Shown here piece by piece: positions 1 through 11,600 of a stretch of DNA of 64,000 nucleotides. The DNA lies in contig NC_091472.1 of NCBI RefSeq assembly GCF_036971445.1, positions 220,968,001 to 221,032,000 of the forward strand, written 5' to 3'. The position numbers and the translations under genes are program-made. Under the pieces are notes generated by a model, which had not been told where the DNA came from, did no database searches, and was given only the letters and a program-made list of their open reading frames with translations. The stretch's first letter is position 1; the number at the start of each line of letters is the position of its first letter. This stretch comes from Narcine bancroftii. Taxonomy: Eukaryota.

Positions 1-1422
1 GAAGGCAGGAGGATAGGAGGCCAGTAGGACTGAAACAGAGGATACCCTTTTCATCCTGCTTTCATGTTATAGGATGTTGTGACCCGTCGACCTGATTTGG
101 ACATGCCCTTGAACATGTATAAGCATCCAGAGACCCTTTGTCACCTCAACCTGCAGATGGTCTCCTTGGCCAGCTCATGGAAGGGAGTTTCCCTGAACGA
201 CTCTCTCTACCATTTCCTCACACCAGGAGCACAAAGACAAGAGTACAGGGCTAAATTGCAACTAGAATCTAAGGAGCAGCACCTTCAAACACTCAAAGGT
301 GGACTGCTATCTCCCGCTTTTCATATGGATGGGGAATTCCCACCCTCTGGGCTGCAGGAACAGTCTGACCAATGAACAACCTCATGCAGCTGACAGAACC
401 ATGCAAACTTGTCCCCCACGATGCTGTATGAGTGAGGGGTCACCCCTGAAATTCACTGTGAGGGGGAAGGACCATAGAGAGGGGGATCCACTAGGGAATA
501 TCCCTGCCGTCATTACAGACCATCACATTATGTTCCGATGGCAGACTTGTGGTCAAGCACCTCCCACCCAAGGTTCCCAGTGTCAGACCCTGGCCTTTTA
601 ATTCACCCATTCAGGTACCTCTGAATGAAAGAATGGAAGTGAGCCTTGGCCAGAACCTACTGTCTGCTCTGGAAAGGGGACACCCTCCTTCTTCCCCCTG
701 TGGTTGGCCCAGAAATCATGTAGCAGGCCAGGGCTCACAAATAAGTACCAGGACTTGGCCTGGCTGGTGGCGAGAGAAGCCCTCCCAGTCAAATAATACA
801 TATTGTCCTTGAGTTCACTGCAGTGGAGTGGAGACAGTCGCCCACCCCTTTATTGAATGCAGATTTGGGAAGAGTGTCTGGAGAAGGATGTAAGGGTCCT
901 AATCACAGTTCATTCCCAGCAGCAGCATGACAGAGGACTTTCTATTCGCAAGGCCACAAACAGAGACAGACATCCAGAACTGCTGTAAGACCATCAATTT
1001 GGTAAAAGACGTACTTTGGTCTGCTCAAAACCTGTTGGTCTTTCAATACATGGAGATGTCAGTGAGGAAAAGCTGTAGAGTTTCACATATCAGGCTGCAG
1101 GAGTACATGCTGAAGGATGCACTAAGCCTTGGTTCAGCAAACATGAGGGTGCTGTGGAGAAGGACCACAGTCTAGAGTCCTTCTGTTACTGGGCATTGAG
1201 GGACCGAGTCAAAGAGGAAGTCCCTCAAACAACAGAGCGAAGCGGGGGGAGAAGCAACAAGGTACCACAAGGGTGGTAATAGATTATTTAGAGAGCAAAT
1301 GTGACAATGTATATTGATGGGAATTTATAGATATGATTTACACAATGGGTATGAAAAGACTTGAACAATTTTATTTTTTGTAAATAATTTATTGTGAATA
1401 AAGTTTGTTGCTGGAAAAAAAA
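1..1422 (+). mobile_element. 3' portion of a decayed Tx1/L1-clade LINE (ORF2 C-terminal zinc-binding region, 3' UTR, polyA)
   Basis: ETVAHPFIECRFGKSVW-like zf-RVT motif near 830-880. Broken ORF remnants such as 927-1175. AATAAA near 1397 followed by an A-run near 1415-1422. Confidence 0.6.
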
Positions 1423-2084
1423 GTAAGTCACATACCAGATTCTAGGGTCACTTGCCGCCGGCATCTGGTTGTTACAGTGCCAGGACCTGGCCTTCAAACC
1501 CACAGGAACAGATGGATGGGCTCTGTGGTGATCTGAGCACAGCCACAAGGCAGCCATTGAGATGAGGATATATAAACCTGCAGGTGTGAAGCAACCTTCA
1601 AACCTTTGAGTCAACGTGTGGAGTCAGAATGGAGAGTTCACCAAATGTTGTCCAAGTCATGGTGATGGACCACTCCCTCATCTTCTCCCCAACCAGCTGA
1701 GGACCTGAGGAATCCCCTGGCCTTCAGTGTAAAACCCTCAAGCATGATGCAGTTGCTGCCATTGCTGCCATTGCTGCCATTGCCCTGCCAGGGGACCATT
1801 GTGTTGCTAGGGTGCTGGGATGGGGGTGGACACGTTGACAAAGTGGTGTCAAACACCAAGGTTGGAAACTGGCCCCTGCTTGTGAAGGGACAAGGCTGAG
1901 ATCCCCCGGCAAGACCAGATCCTGCCAGTAGATGTCACCAGCACCCTTCACCACTTCCAAAAGTGGCACCTCGCCTCTCCTTCACAGAGAGACACTGAGA
2001 CAGGGAGATCTCCATCTCTGCAGTTTCTTTCCTGCTATACCCCTCAACATTTGAAAAGCAACAGAATTGGCACTGTTTTTTTAA

Positions 2085-2295
2085 ATTTTTTTTAGATTTA
2101 GACATATAGGCCCTTCAGCCCACTAGCCCATGCCACCCAATTACAACTCCCATACATTTTGAAGAGCACCCAGAGAAATCCACATAGTCACGGGAAGAAC
2201 ATACAAAGTCCTTACAGACAGTTTCAGATTCAAACCCAGGTCACTGGCGCTGTATTAGCATTGTGCTAACCATGACACTAACCATGCCGCCCTGC
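2085..2295 (-). mobile_element. tRNA-derived SINE (V-SINE/HE1-like), decayed
   Basis: Reverse complement resembles the + strand copies at about 18878, 60238, 61465 and 62135, with an A-box-like GGTTAGCAC, a B-box-like GGTTTGAATC and the core CTGTCTGTAAGGA. Confidence 0.65.
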
Positions 2296-2763
2296 TCTCC
2301 TGCACACAGATTGGAATTGAGACTGTGGAGGCACGTCTCTGAGGTACAGATGGTGATTATCTACTGCAGGAGGTCACCTCCGGGGCCAAGAACTGTGAGG
2401 TTGAAAGGTACAAGGATGTGTCTGTCATCGCCCTCCCCCTCAGTATGTTCATCTAAGGTTGGGCATTGACCTCTGGGCTCCACGTCCACCCCCATCCTCT
2501 CTGGGATGTGACTCCTGTGCCCTGCCTGCTCTCATCCTATGTGAATGCTGGAACTTCAGCAGGGAAGTCCCTCTGAGGTGAGTCTTGTATTTAGGGCACT
2601 TGCTCTTCAGGGAAGTGAGGTACATTTTTGAGGCAACCACAAAAGCTGAAGGAACAATACCCTGTCATTCCTTTCACACTGGCCTCCAGTGTGGTCTTTG
2701 GTGATTTTGATGAGAGGGGCCCAGGAGTGTTTCATTACAATTATTAAGCGTACTGGTGAGGCC

Positions 2764-3790
2764 AGAATCAGAATCATGTAATTTGGTGTTTTGCGGCAGT
2801 GTCAGAGTGCAAACATTCATATTATAAACCATCTTATAACATCACTATAAATAAAATAAAAATACTAGTGCAGGAAAAGTAAGGCAGTGTCTTTGGTTCA
2901 TTGATCATTCAGGAATCTGATGGCAGCTGGGAAGAAGCTGTCCTCGTACCACTGAGTGCTCGACTTTAGGCTCCTGTACCTTTTTCCTGATGGTAGCAGA
3001 GTGAAGAGGGCATGGCCTGGGCGGTAGGGGGGACTTTGAGGATAGAGGCTGCCTTTTTAAGATATCGCCTTGACAGAGTGAAGGGTGGTCTCTGCAATGT
3101 TGCAGGCCGAGTTAACAATCCTCTAGAGTTTATTCTTGTCCTGAGAGTTGGCGCCTCCGTACCAGGCAGTGATGCACTCTACACAGTACAACTGTAGAAG
3201 TTTAAGTGAGTCTTCAGTGACATACCAAATCTCCTCAGACACCTCACAAAGTATAGCTGCTGGCAAGCCTTCTTTGTGATTGTATCAATGTGGAGGCTCC
3301 AGGACAGTTGGAGATGTTGACACCCAGGAATTTGAAGTTCTTGACCCTCTCCACTACTGAGCCCTCAATAAGGACTGGATCATATTCCCCTGACTTCCTG
3401 AAGTCCACAACCATCTCCATCTCATGGTTTTTCTGACATTGAGTGCAAGGTTGTTGTTGTTACACCATTCAACAAGCTGACCTATCTCCCTCCTGTACGT
3501 TTCCTCATTGACGTTTGTGATTTTGCCGACAACTGTGGTGTCATCGGTTAACTTGTAGATGACTTTCGAATTGTGCCTGGCCACACAGTCATGAGTGTAT
3601 AATGAGTAGAGTAATGGGTTATGCACGCATCCTTGGAGTGCGCCTGTGTTGATAATCAGTGAGGAGGAGATGATGTTTCCAATTTGTACTGACTGTGGTC
3701 TTCCAATGAGGAAGTGAAGGTTCCAGTTGCAGAGAAGGGTACAGAGGTCTAGAATTTGTAGCTTCTTGGCCTGGGCACTCCTAGACACTG
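2764..3790 (-). mobile_element. Rex1/Babar-type non-LTR retrotransposon, 3' half (RT remnant)
   Basis: ORF 3354-3923 contains [15 protein letters not shown]...[22 protein letters not shown]...[10 protein letters not shown] (RT motifs). A short (TTCTGA)n-type tail lies near 2764-2777. Confidence 0.8.
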
Positions 3791-5565
3791 TGCACAGCGT
3801 TGGCACTCTCATTTCTCGAAGGAAGGACTGGCACTTGAGACCGTACAGAGAGGTTGTCTCAACTAATTCCTGGGCTGATGAGAGAAATGGGACCAAAACT
3901 CCATCTGCTGAAGAATTCATCATGTCAAAGCAGTGTCAATGGGTGAGAAAGAATGGTTGGCATTTCATGGGCCTTGATGAAGGCCACCAGCCTGAAAGGT
4001 TGACAACCCTTTTCCATCCACTACTGCTGCTTAGCCCATTGGAGTTCTTCCAGCAGAGAGTTTGCTGCTTTAGTAAGGATCATAATGAGGGGCTAGAGTT
4101 GGCTTGATGGACTGAATGGCCTCCTCCTGTCTCTGTATTCACATGTTGGAGCAACCTCATTCACAGGATAAGATAAGGCCAAAGTCACAGGATTCATGGC
4201 CCAAAGAGGATGGGGCTGGACATGGAGTCTAGAGGTTAATCTTCATCCTTTACTGAAGTTACTGAAGGGTAGGAGGTGATGGCTGTGCAAGGGAGAGGGA
4301 GCCCAAGGATGATGGCTGCATCACTGACACCAATGGATCTTTGGCTTGGTGGACCTCTTCCTTCACACTAACCAAAAGTTGTCTTGGTCTTGCTGAAGTC
4401 CAGGATTCAACAAGCTCCCTTTCACAAGCAGCTGCAGTTGAGCTGAGCCAGGCCAGGCCACTCATGTTATGGTAGAGTGGTCCTGATCAAACCAGCAGCT
4501 CCACACAGCAACCCCTTCTGTCCCTACAGCCTCCACACAGGCCATAACCTTGTAACGCAGTAAAGACGGGTCCTCCTTTTGCAGCAAGGGCCATAAACGC
4601 TCCTCTTTCTCTGAGCAAAAGCTGCTCGGAAAGCGCCTTCTCTTTCCTCCTGCCACTGAACTACGGCAGCTTCACTCTGCTTGAGCCAATCAAGCTATCA
4701 GTTCAGGACAGTGGGCTGCCACCTTCCATTTGGGGTACATATGTCTGAACCTCTGTCGCAGCAATTGTAACACCACCCCCCTACCCCTTTCACCAAATTA
4801 GAGCCCTTAAAAATATTTCTTGGAAATCCAAAAATTAGATTCAACACTAAAGATTTAAAAATGAATTTCTATAAGACATGGGGCTCATTCATGGAGTATT
4901 ACCATAATTTAACAAATTAGGGTGTTTGCATGCTCTGGAACGGGGCTGTCTGGTTTCTAAATGTCATCTTTAATTTCCTAAGTGTTTCAAATATACAAGC
5001 AAACTTTGTTTAGGTCAAGGTTCCTTTATTGTCACGTAATACTACATTTAGAATGTAACATACATGAAATTCTTTAACTTTGTCGACTGTAAGGAAGAGA
5101 GAATCGCCACTTTGTCCAGCGCCCCTCACAGAAATGGGGCCCCAGTGAGGAATGAACTTGCGATTCCTGGGAGGCATTTGATTAATGGGGGGGGGGGGGG
5201 GTTGAAGGTTCTTTTCTCTTATTACCTTTCTTTTTTTTATTAGTTTTGTTTTTTGTGATATTTTGTAAAAGGGGTTTGATCGAGAGAGTACACACAATTT
5301 TCATATGTATTCAGTATTTTTGTAGTACTAATTGTCCTTTTCTCTTATCTTTTTTATCTTTCAATCTATGGATTAGATCGATATGTATGGTTTTTTTTAT
5401 TAAACTCAATAAAGATAATGTAAAAGAAAAGGAAATCCATGCACTCATAGGATTTTACATCAGATGTTGAGATGTGCAAGATGTTTGTATGAGACACATT
5501 ATTTGAAGAGAAATTTGCCTCCTCCTCCCCCAACATCATGGAATCTGGGGCACAACTGCTCTGAG

Positions 5566-5635
5566 AAACCACATCCTGTCATCTGACAGATTTCATGCAA
5601 ACTATAATACCCATTGTCTTACTCCACCCAGATAA
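5566..5635 (+). promoter_or_regulatory. Putative lymphocyte-type core promoter of the CD28-like gene
   Basis: AAACCACATCCTGT at 5566-5579 (reverse ACAGGATGTGGTTT, an ETS:RUNX composite), E-box CATCTG 5580-5585, octamer-like ATGCAAAC 5595-5602, TATAAT 5603-5608 and AGATAA 5630-5635. All lie within 90 bp of the ATG at 5654. Confidence 0.6.
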
Positions 5636-5653
5636 CAGTATACCCAGGTCATC

Positions 5654-5696
5654 ATGAAGATCCTGTGTCTGCTGATCACTGTCCTTGTCTGCCCAG
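5654..5696 (+). CDS. CD28: CD28-like exon 1 (signal peptide [14 protein letters not shown])
   Basis: ATCATGA start context, hydrophobic leader and CAG|GTAATT phase-1 donor. Joins exon 2 as GCA, giving ...CPAQA-MS, a plausible cleavage site. Promoter motifs lie immediately upstream. Confidence 0.72.
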
Positions 5697-8600
5697 GTAA
5701 TTTTCCCATTCTTTTAGTCTCCTCTAAGGGTTGTTACTCTGCACTGTTCCTGCCTCTCTGTAAGGGAATGATGCACAGTTGGAGTCATTTGAAACTTGTG
5801 CCATGAGTTAACTATTTCTGGGGCTTTTCTGGCTTTGGCAGTCCCCTGGCAGGGCAATAATTAGATGGGATTGGTGTCAGGTTTGGCTCATCGCTGCCTT
5901 CCCCAGGCCAATGGGAGAATGATGCTGAAGGACGAACTGAAGTTCTCCCACATCCTCATCAAAGACCATGGGATTTGATGTGGAAGCAACTACCTCAATC
6001 GTGGGCTCCAATCCAATCCCAATCTGAGCCTGTTAATCCAGGCCAGATGCACCCAAGTGCAGTGCCAAGTGAGTTCTAGAGTGTCAGAGGTAGTGACACT
6101 CCATTGGGATATCAGGAGGTCCTCTCTGGAGGGGACTGTATCCAGAGCCATTCAATAGTACTTTGTCCAAATGGTGGTGAGGCTCTGTTGAATTTTCACA
6201 GCTGTATGGCGTGCAGTTTGAGGGTTGGTTGAATACTTAGAAAGAAAGGAGTGTAGATATGCTGTAAGTCCTTGGGGAGAATTTAGAAGTACTATATTCT
6301 AATATATTTACTAAGTCTCTTGGCAGGCACTTGAATGGCAATAGAAGACTGTGGACTATGGGATCAGCTATATAATAGTCAGGATAGCATTATGGGCAGA
6401 AAGGCTTGTTTCTGTGTTAGACAACTCAAAGGTTTTGTCAAGAGGTTATTAGGGCATTTTTGGCTGGAGCAGAAGGTTAAAAGAGAATGAATGGAGTGCT
6501 ACATAAATGTAGAAGGTTTTGAGAGAGTAAATAATGCTGATTCTTTGGCAATTGGTGACAACAGGACTAATCCATGTGGAAAGGTTAGAATAGTTTTTGC
6601 ATGTGTTATTGGAAGGTGTGCCACAAGTGGCTATTGGAAGAGAGATTTTCTAACTGTGATGTTCAGGGGAAAAGAAAGCCATTCAGAAATAAGGGGACAG
6701 GGTAAAAGTATTTGATTGGGGCATGGAGTTCCATATTGGGGGTCCTGTACTGAATTCAGTGAGTTAATAATGACCTCAGTACTTCTAGGCTCTTGGTCCA
6801 AATGGTGATCAAGTGAAGTCTGCAGTTGGTGCGTATCAAATTTGGTGTTCTCCATTTGTTCACTTGCCTGTAGAGGAGACCAGAGGTTTGCATTCCGATG
6901 GCATCTTTTACAAGTCGCGGACATTACTTTACAGCTGTTGGAATCACTATACTGGGGCAGCCATTATATCCACAAATAACACTGGGGTACATATGCAAAG
7001 TTCCAGCTTCTGCCTTTCCCGTCAATGCCTTTGGATACATGTCAGCCATCGTGGAGTGGGTTTTCTCTCAACTCTTGATAGGTTGAGGATTCATCACCCA
7101 CTCCATCATTGGCATCTCCAATGCTGACCTGACAGGGTCAATAGTGGTCAGGATATGGGAATCATCCCTCTATACTGGAATTCATTTTGAGAGGAATAGA
7201 ATATAAGAGCTGGGATGCTTAATAAGGTGCTTTATAAGGTGAGACCTCTCTTGGAGTATTGTGAACAGTTTTAGATTAGTCATTTAAGAAAGGATGTGGT
7301 GACATTGAAGGTTCATATTGAAGTTCACTCGAATGGTTCTGGGAACGAAAGTGTCATCATATGAGGAGCATTCGACAGCCTGTACTCATTGGAATTTATG
7401 AAAATGAGGGTGGATCTCATTGAAACATTTCAAATGTTGAAAGGCATGGGCAAAGTAGATGTAGAAGGGTTGTTCTAAGTGAAGGGAGTTCACTTAGAAC
7501 AGAGATGCAGAAGAATTTCTTCAGCAAGATGATGGTAAATCTGTGGAATTTATTGCCACTAGTGATTGTGGAGGCCACATTATTTGGTGTATTTAAAACA
7601 GATTTTGATAGGTTCTTGATTAGCCAGGGCATCAAAGGTTATGGGGAGAAGGCTGAGTAGGGGAACTGAGTGGAATAATGGATCAGCTCATGATTAAACG
7701 GTGGGGCAGACTCGATGGGCTGAATACACTATTTCTGCACCTATGTCTTATGGTCCATCCCCTTGATGCTCTTGGCTCATTTCACGTCCATCCAAGAAGC
7801 TCATCTGAAAGACATGTCTTCTGACAGGACAGCACTGCTGAGCTGGGGAGTTCCCAAGAGTGGGTCATGAATCTTCAACCTATCGAGAGTTGAGAGAAAA
7901 CCCCAATCCATGATGGCTGACATGTATCCAAAGACATTGACGGGAAAGGCAGAAGCTGGAACTTTGAGCAAACACCATGCTCAGTGGTCAGAGACATGGA
8001 AGGGTAGCATTTTGGGATGGGAACCTTGACAAAGATGGGAAAGGGGGATGCCAAACATAAAAAGGAGGGGGAGAGAGCTGGGAAGGGACAAAGAGAGTTA
8101 GGTCGGATGGGGGTAGGGAGACAGGTCAAGGGGGAGGGTAGGGGAGGGATGGAGTGTCAGGATAGATGGGAGAGGGGGTGTGGGAAGACAGATAGAGGGG
8201 ATGGGGAGGGGGATGTATGGGAGAAGGAGGGTGTAAGCAAACAGGTAGAGGTGTAGTGGAGGGGGAACAAATGGGAGAGGGGTGTGGGAAGGTGTAGAGG
8301 GAGGGAGGGGAACAGGTGGGAATAAAGGGGATGGAAGAGGGATGGGGAGACTGGTAGAGGAGGGGGATGGATAGGAGGGGGCAGTGGGGAGATGAAGAGG
8401 CGAGGGGAGGGGAGGGGGAATGGGAAAGTAGGATTGGGAAGGCAGAAAGAGGGGGTGGGGAGAGGGAGAGGGGGATGAGAGAGATAGATAGAAGAGAGGA
8501 TAGGGAGACTGGTAGAGGAGGAATGGGGAGAGACAGAGACCACAGGGGAGGAGTAGGTGTAGAGTGAAAAGTAAGGTAGGGAAGAGGAAGAGGTAAAGGG

Positions 8601-11600
8601 CAAACGGAAGAAAGTGGAAGAGATCGGATTGTGCGCTACTGAAATGGAAAATTCAACTTTCATGCCCTTGGCGTTTCGGTAGAAAATATTTTGGGGGTTT
8701 GGCCCAAGCAGTTGTGGAGCCCCCATGATTTGTTGCAGTGGCTGGTAACTCCAGCCAGGCCTAACACAATTAACCCTGACTATGTTTTCAGACCCAGTCA
8801 AGCACGGATTGCACTGGATCAGGCCTGCTCTTTAAAGTCAGCCTTGGAACAGAGTGCAAAAGTGGGGACATACTGCTGTATCCATCCAGCAGTGGATGAT
8901 TCTCTACATCCAGAGTACTGTGCATGGTGTTGGTCTCCTGGTTCCGTGGAGAGTACACTTACCTGTTGGCAGTGAAGGGAAGATTTACTAGGATGTTGCC
9001 GGGACTTCAGAATTGAGTTACCAGAGGACATGGGTTAAGAATGAAAGGGGAAAAGTTTAGGGAGGACATGAGGGGGAACTTCTTCACACAGTGAAAGTTG
9101 GGGGTGTGGAAGGAGCTTCCAGCTGAAGTGGTGAATGCAGGCTCAATTTTAACATTTAAGAAATTTGGTCAGGTACATGGATGGGAGAGGAATGGAGGGC
9201 TATTGACTGGGTGCAGGTCAGTGGGACTAGACAAAATGAAATGATTCAGCACAAACTAGAAGGGCCGAAGAGGCCTGCTTCTGTGCTGTAGTGTTCTATG
9301 ATTCAAGCTTTCTATTTCTGAAACAAAACAGCAAATATTCTGGGCCATGAGAAATCTGGAGAACCTATCTGATAAAAGGTCATTGACCTGAAACATTAAC
9401 TCTGCTTCTCCCTCCATGGAGGCAGCTAAACTCTTGAGTACTTTCAACTTTTGAAGTTTATTTTTCACAAAATACCTAGGGCAGTGAGAAGGGTTTTTTG
9501 CACAGCTCAACAGATTTTCTCTCACATTCATACAGCCATGTAAAGAACACAGTTTACAAAGTGTAAGGAAGAGCAATTAGCATTTAGCAAAGACATCTTG
9601 ATGGCATAGTTATGGGGTTCATTCAGGAGCCTGATGGCTGTGGGGAAGAAATACTGTAGGCCTGATGATGTGTGCTTATTCATGCGAGCCCTTATGGGAG
9701 AAGAGACCATGTCTGGGTGCAATGGGTCCTTCAGCATGTTGTTGTTTCTGCTTTAATTCCAGATTATCTGCATTTTACCTTGTTAGTTTCCAAGTGTTAG
9801 AAAATTTGAGTCTATCCTGCCCAGAGTATAGAAAACTGAGCATGTTATCTTCAATTCTGGGAGGGTTTGGTAGGCTGTATGGCTGCCTCCCTCGGTGTGG
9901 GTGTGTGTGTGTGTGGAGGGGGTGATTAATGTGCAGGGGCATCATCTCAGGATAGAGGGTCACCCATCCACAACAAGGAGCTTATTCTCTTGGATCATTG
10001 CCGGTCTTCCTACTTCTTCACCCCAGATATCGATGGATACTGAGTCTTTAGAATATTCAAGTTTTAGACGGAGCTTTGGGTTGCAGAAGTGCCGAGGGTC
10101 TGGGACATTGTGCAGAAAAGAGGAGCTGAGGCCAAAGACCAGATTATTTAAGATATTGCTGAGTGGCAGAACAAACTCAAGAGATGGAACAGCTTAGTGT
10201 TTTACTCATGTACTTAATTCTTGAGAACTCAGCAATTACAGGGTTGCAGTGACTGAAGTTAAAGACATCAATGCGCACATTGTGTATGTATGTATTTGAG
10301 GAGGTTGTATTTGCAAACCTGAGCATCCTTTTGTGGCACGTACACTGATAGAATGGAAACAAGCCTTATGTAGGAAATCAGGAGGATCATAGAAGATCTG
10401 ATTGAACTTTGCTGGCTTAGAGATTCTTTCATTGAGATAAAATTTACAAGGATTTTTCATACAATGATGCAAAGTTCTGTGTTAGAGACAATGACATTCT
10501 CAACAGAGTCTTATACCCACCCCCCCCACCTCCCCCCCGAAGGCCACAGCACATTTAAGTAAAAATCTTGTTTTCTTTTCACCACACGTATCATAAATAT
10601 TTTTTTATATAGTTGAAAGGAGAGAAGTACGGAAGACACCAAAACTTGACTGCATCACAGGGAAGGGGGTGCCCCTAAACTTTGAGCAGAGTCCTAAGGG
10701 GGGGATAGCCAAAAAAAAGGTTGATAAAGGTTAATCTATGGAGATGAACCCCTTCCGGGGTGCTCGGTTACCCATGAAAGTGGGTATTCACACATAATGG
10801 GAGATCGAGGTGTGACAGACACCATGCATAGTATTCTACACAATGATGGGAATTAACCTTGGCCAGACTGGGAATATTTAATCCTCTACCTATTCAGTCC
10901 TCTGGATTTGATCCTTTCAGTAGTGTTCCATCTTCAGCAGATCGTCCTCAGCCTCTAGTCCCTGACAAACTGTGAAGTAGCATAACCCCCCTTGACAGCC
11001 CGCTCACCGTGGCTGAGAGTTGCAAGGATTGAAGAGAGCAGCAATGGTTGAACCAAATGACAACTCAAGCAATCCTTACTATACTCTCCCTTGTCAAGCT
11101 CCTATATGGAGAAGCTCCTATATGGAGAAGGTCCTTACTTCCCTTGTCAATCCTTTACCTTCTTATCTGAAACCTGTGCTCACGAGCCAACACTTTCCTT
11201 CAAACATATTATAGTCATTACAATCCTTTTGACAATCCTGTCTGCTCACATCTGGTAACCATTGGAGCAGCAATGCCCACCACCACAGACTGTCACCTCA
11301 GACCCAGCACATCCATCACTCTACCTTGACCAAGAACCTGGGAATCCATCTGGTTTGATAATGGGGCAAAACCAGATCCAGCACAAATGAGGGAAAAACC
11401 TGTGGAAGCCTTGGAAAAGCATGCTTGAGGCAGTGGAGGTTCATTCTTTTCCAGATTTTTTTCTCAAGCAATTATTAATTATTATGGTCATTCTTTAAAA
11501 AAGATTGGGATCCTTTGAAAACTGGATCTTATGGACCTATTTCATTGTTAAATGCTGATTATAAAATTGTAACAACGGTTCTAGCAAATAGATTGGCAAA

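Noticed and set aside
4250-4700. Possible PIF/Harbinger Myb-like remnants (also about 5830-6220 and 62900-64000)
   Set aside because: Only a faint resemblance, too decayed to support a feature call without an alignment.
8157-8801. 214-aa Pro/Ser-rich ORF
   Set aside because: Translation of a polypurine/polypyrimidine low-complexity tract.
10490-10735. Possible small hAT MITE
   Set aside because: The TIR-like ends (ATTCTCAAC and GTTGATAA) are weak and I could not confirm a TSD.
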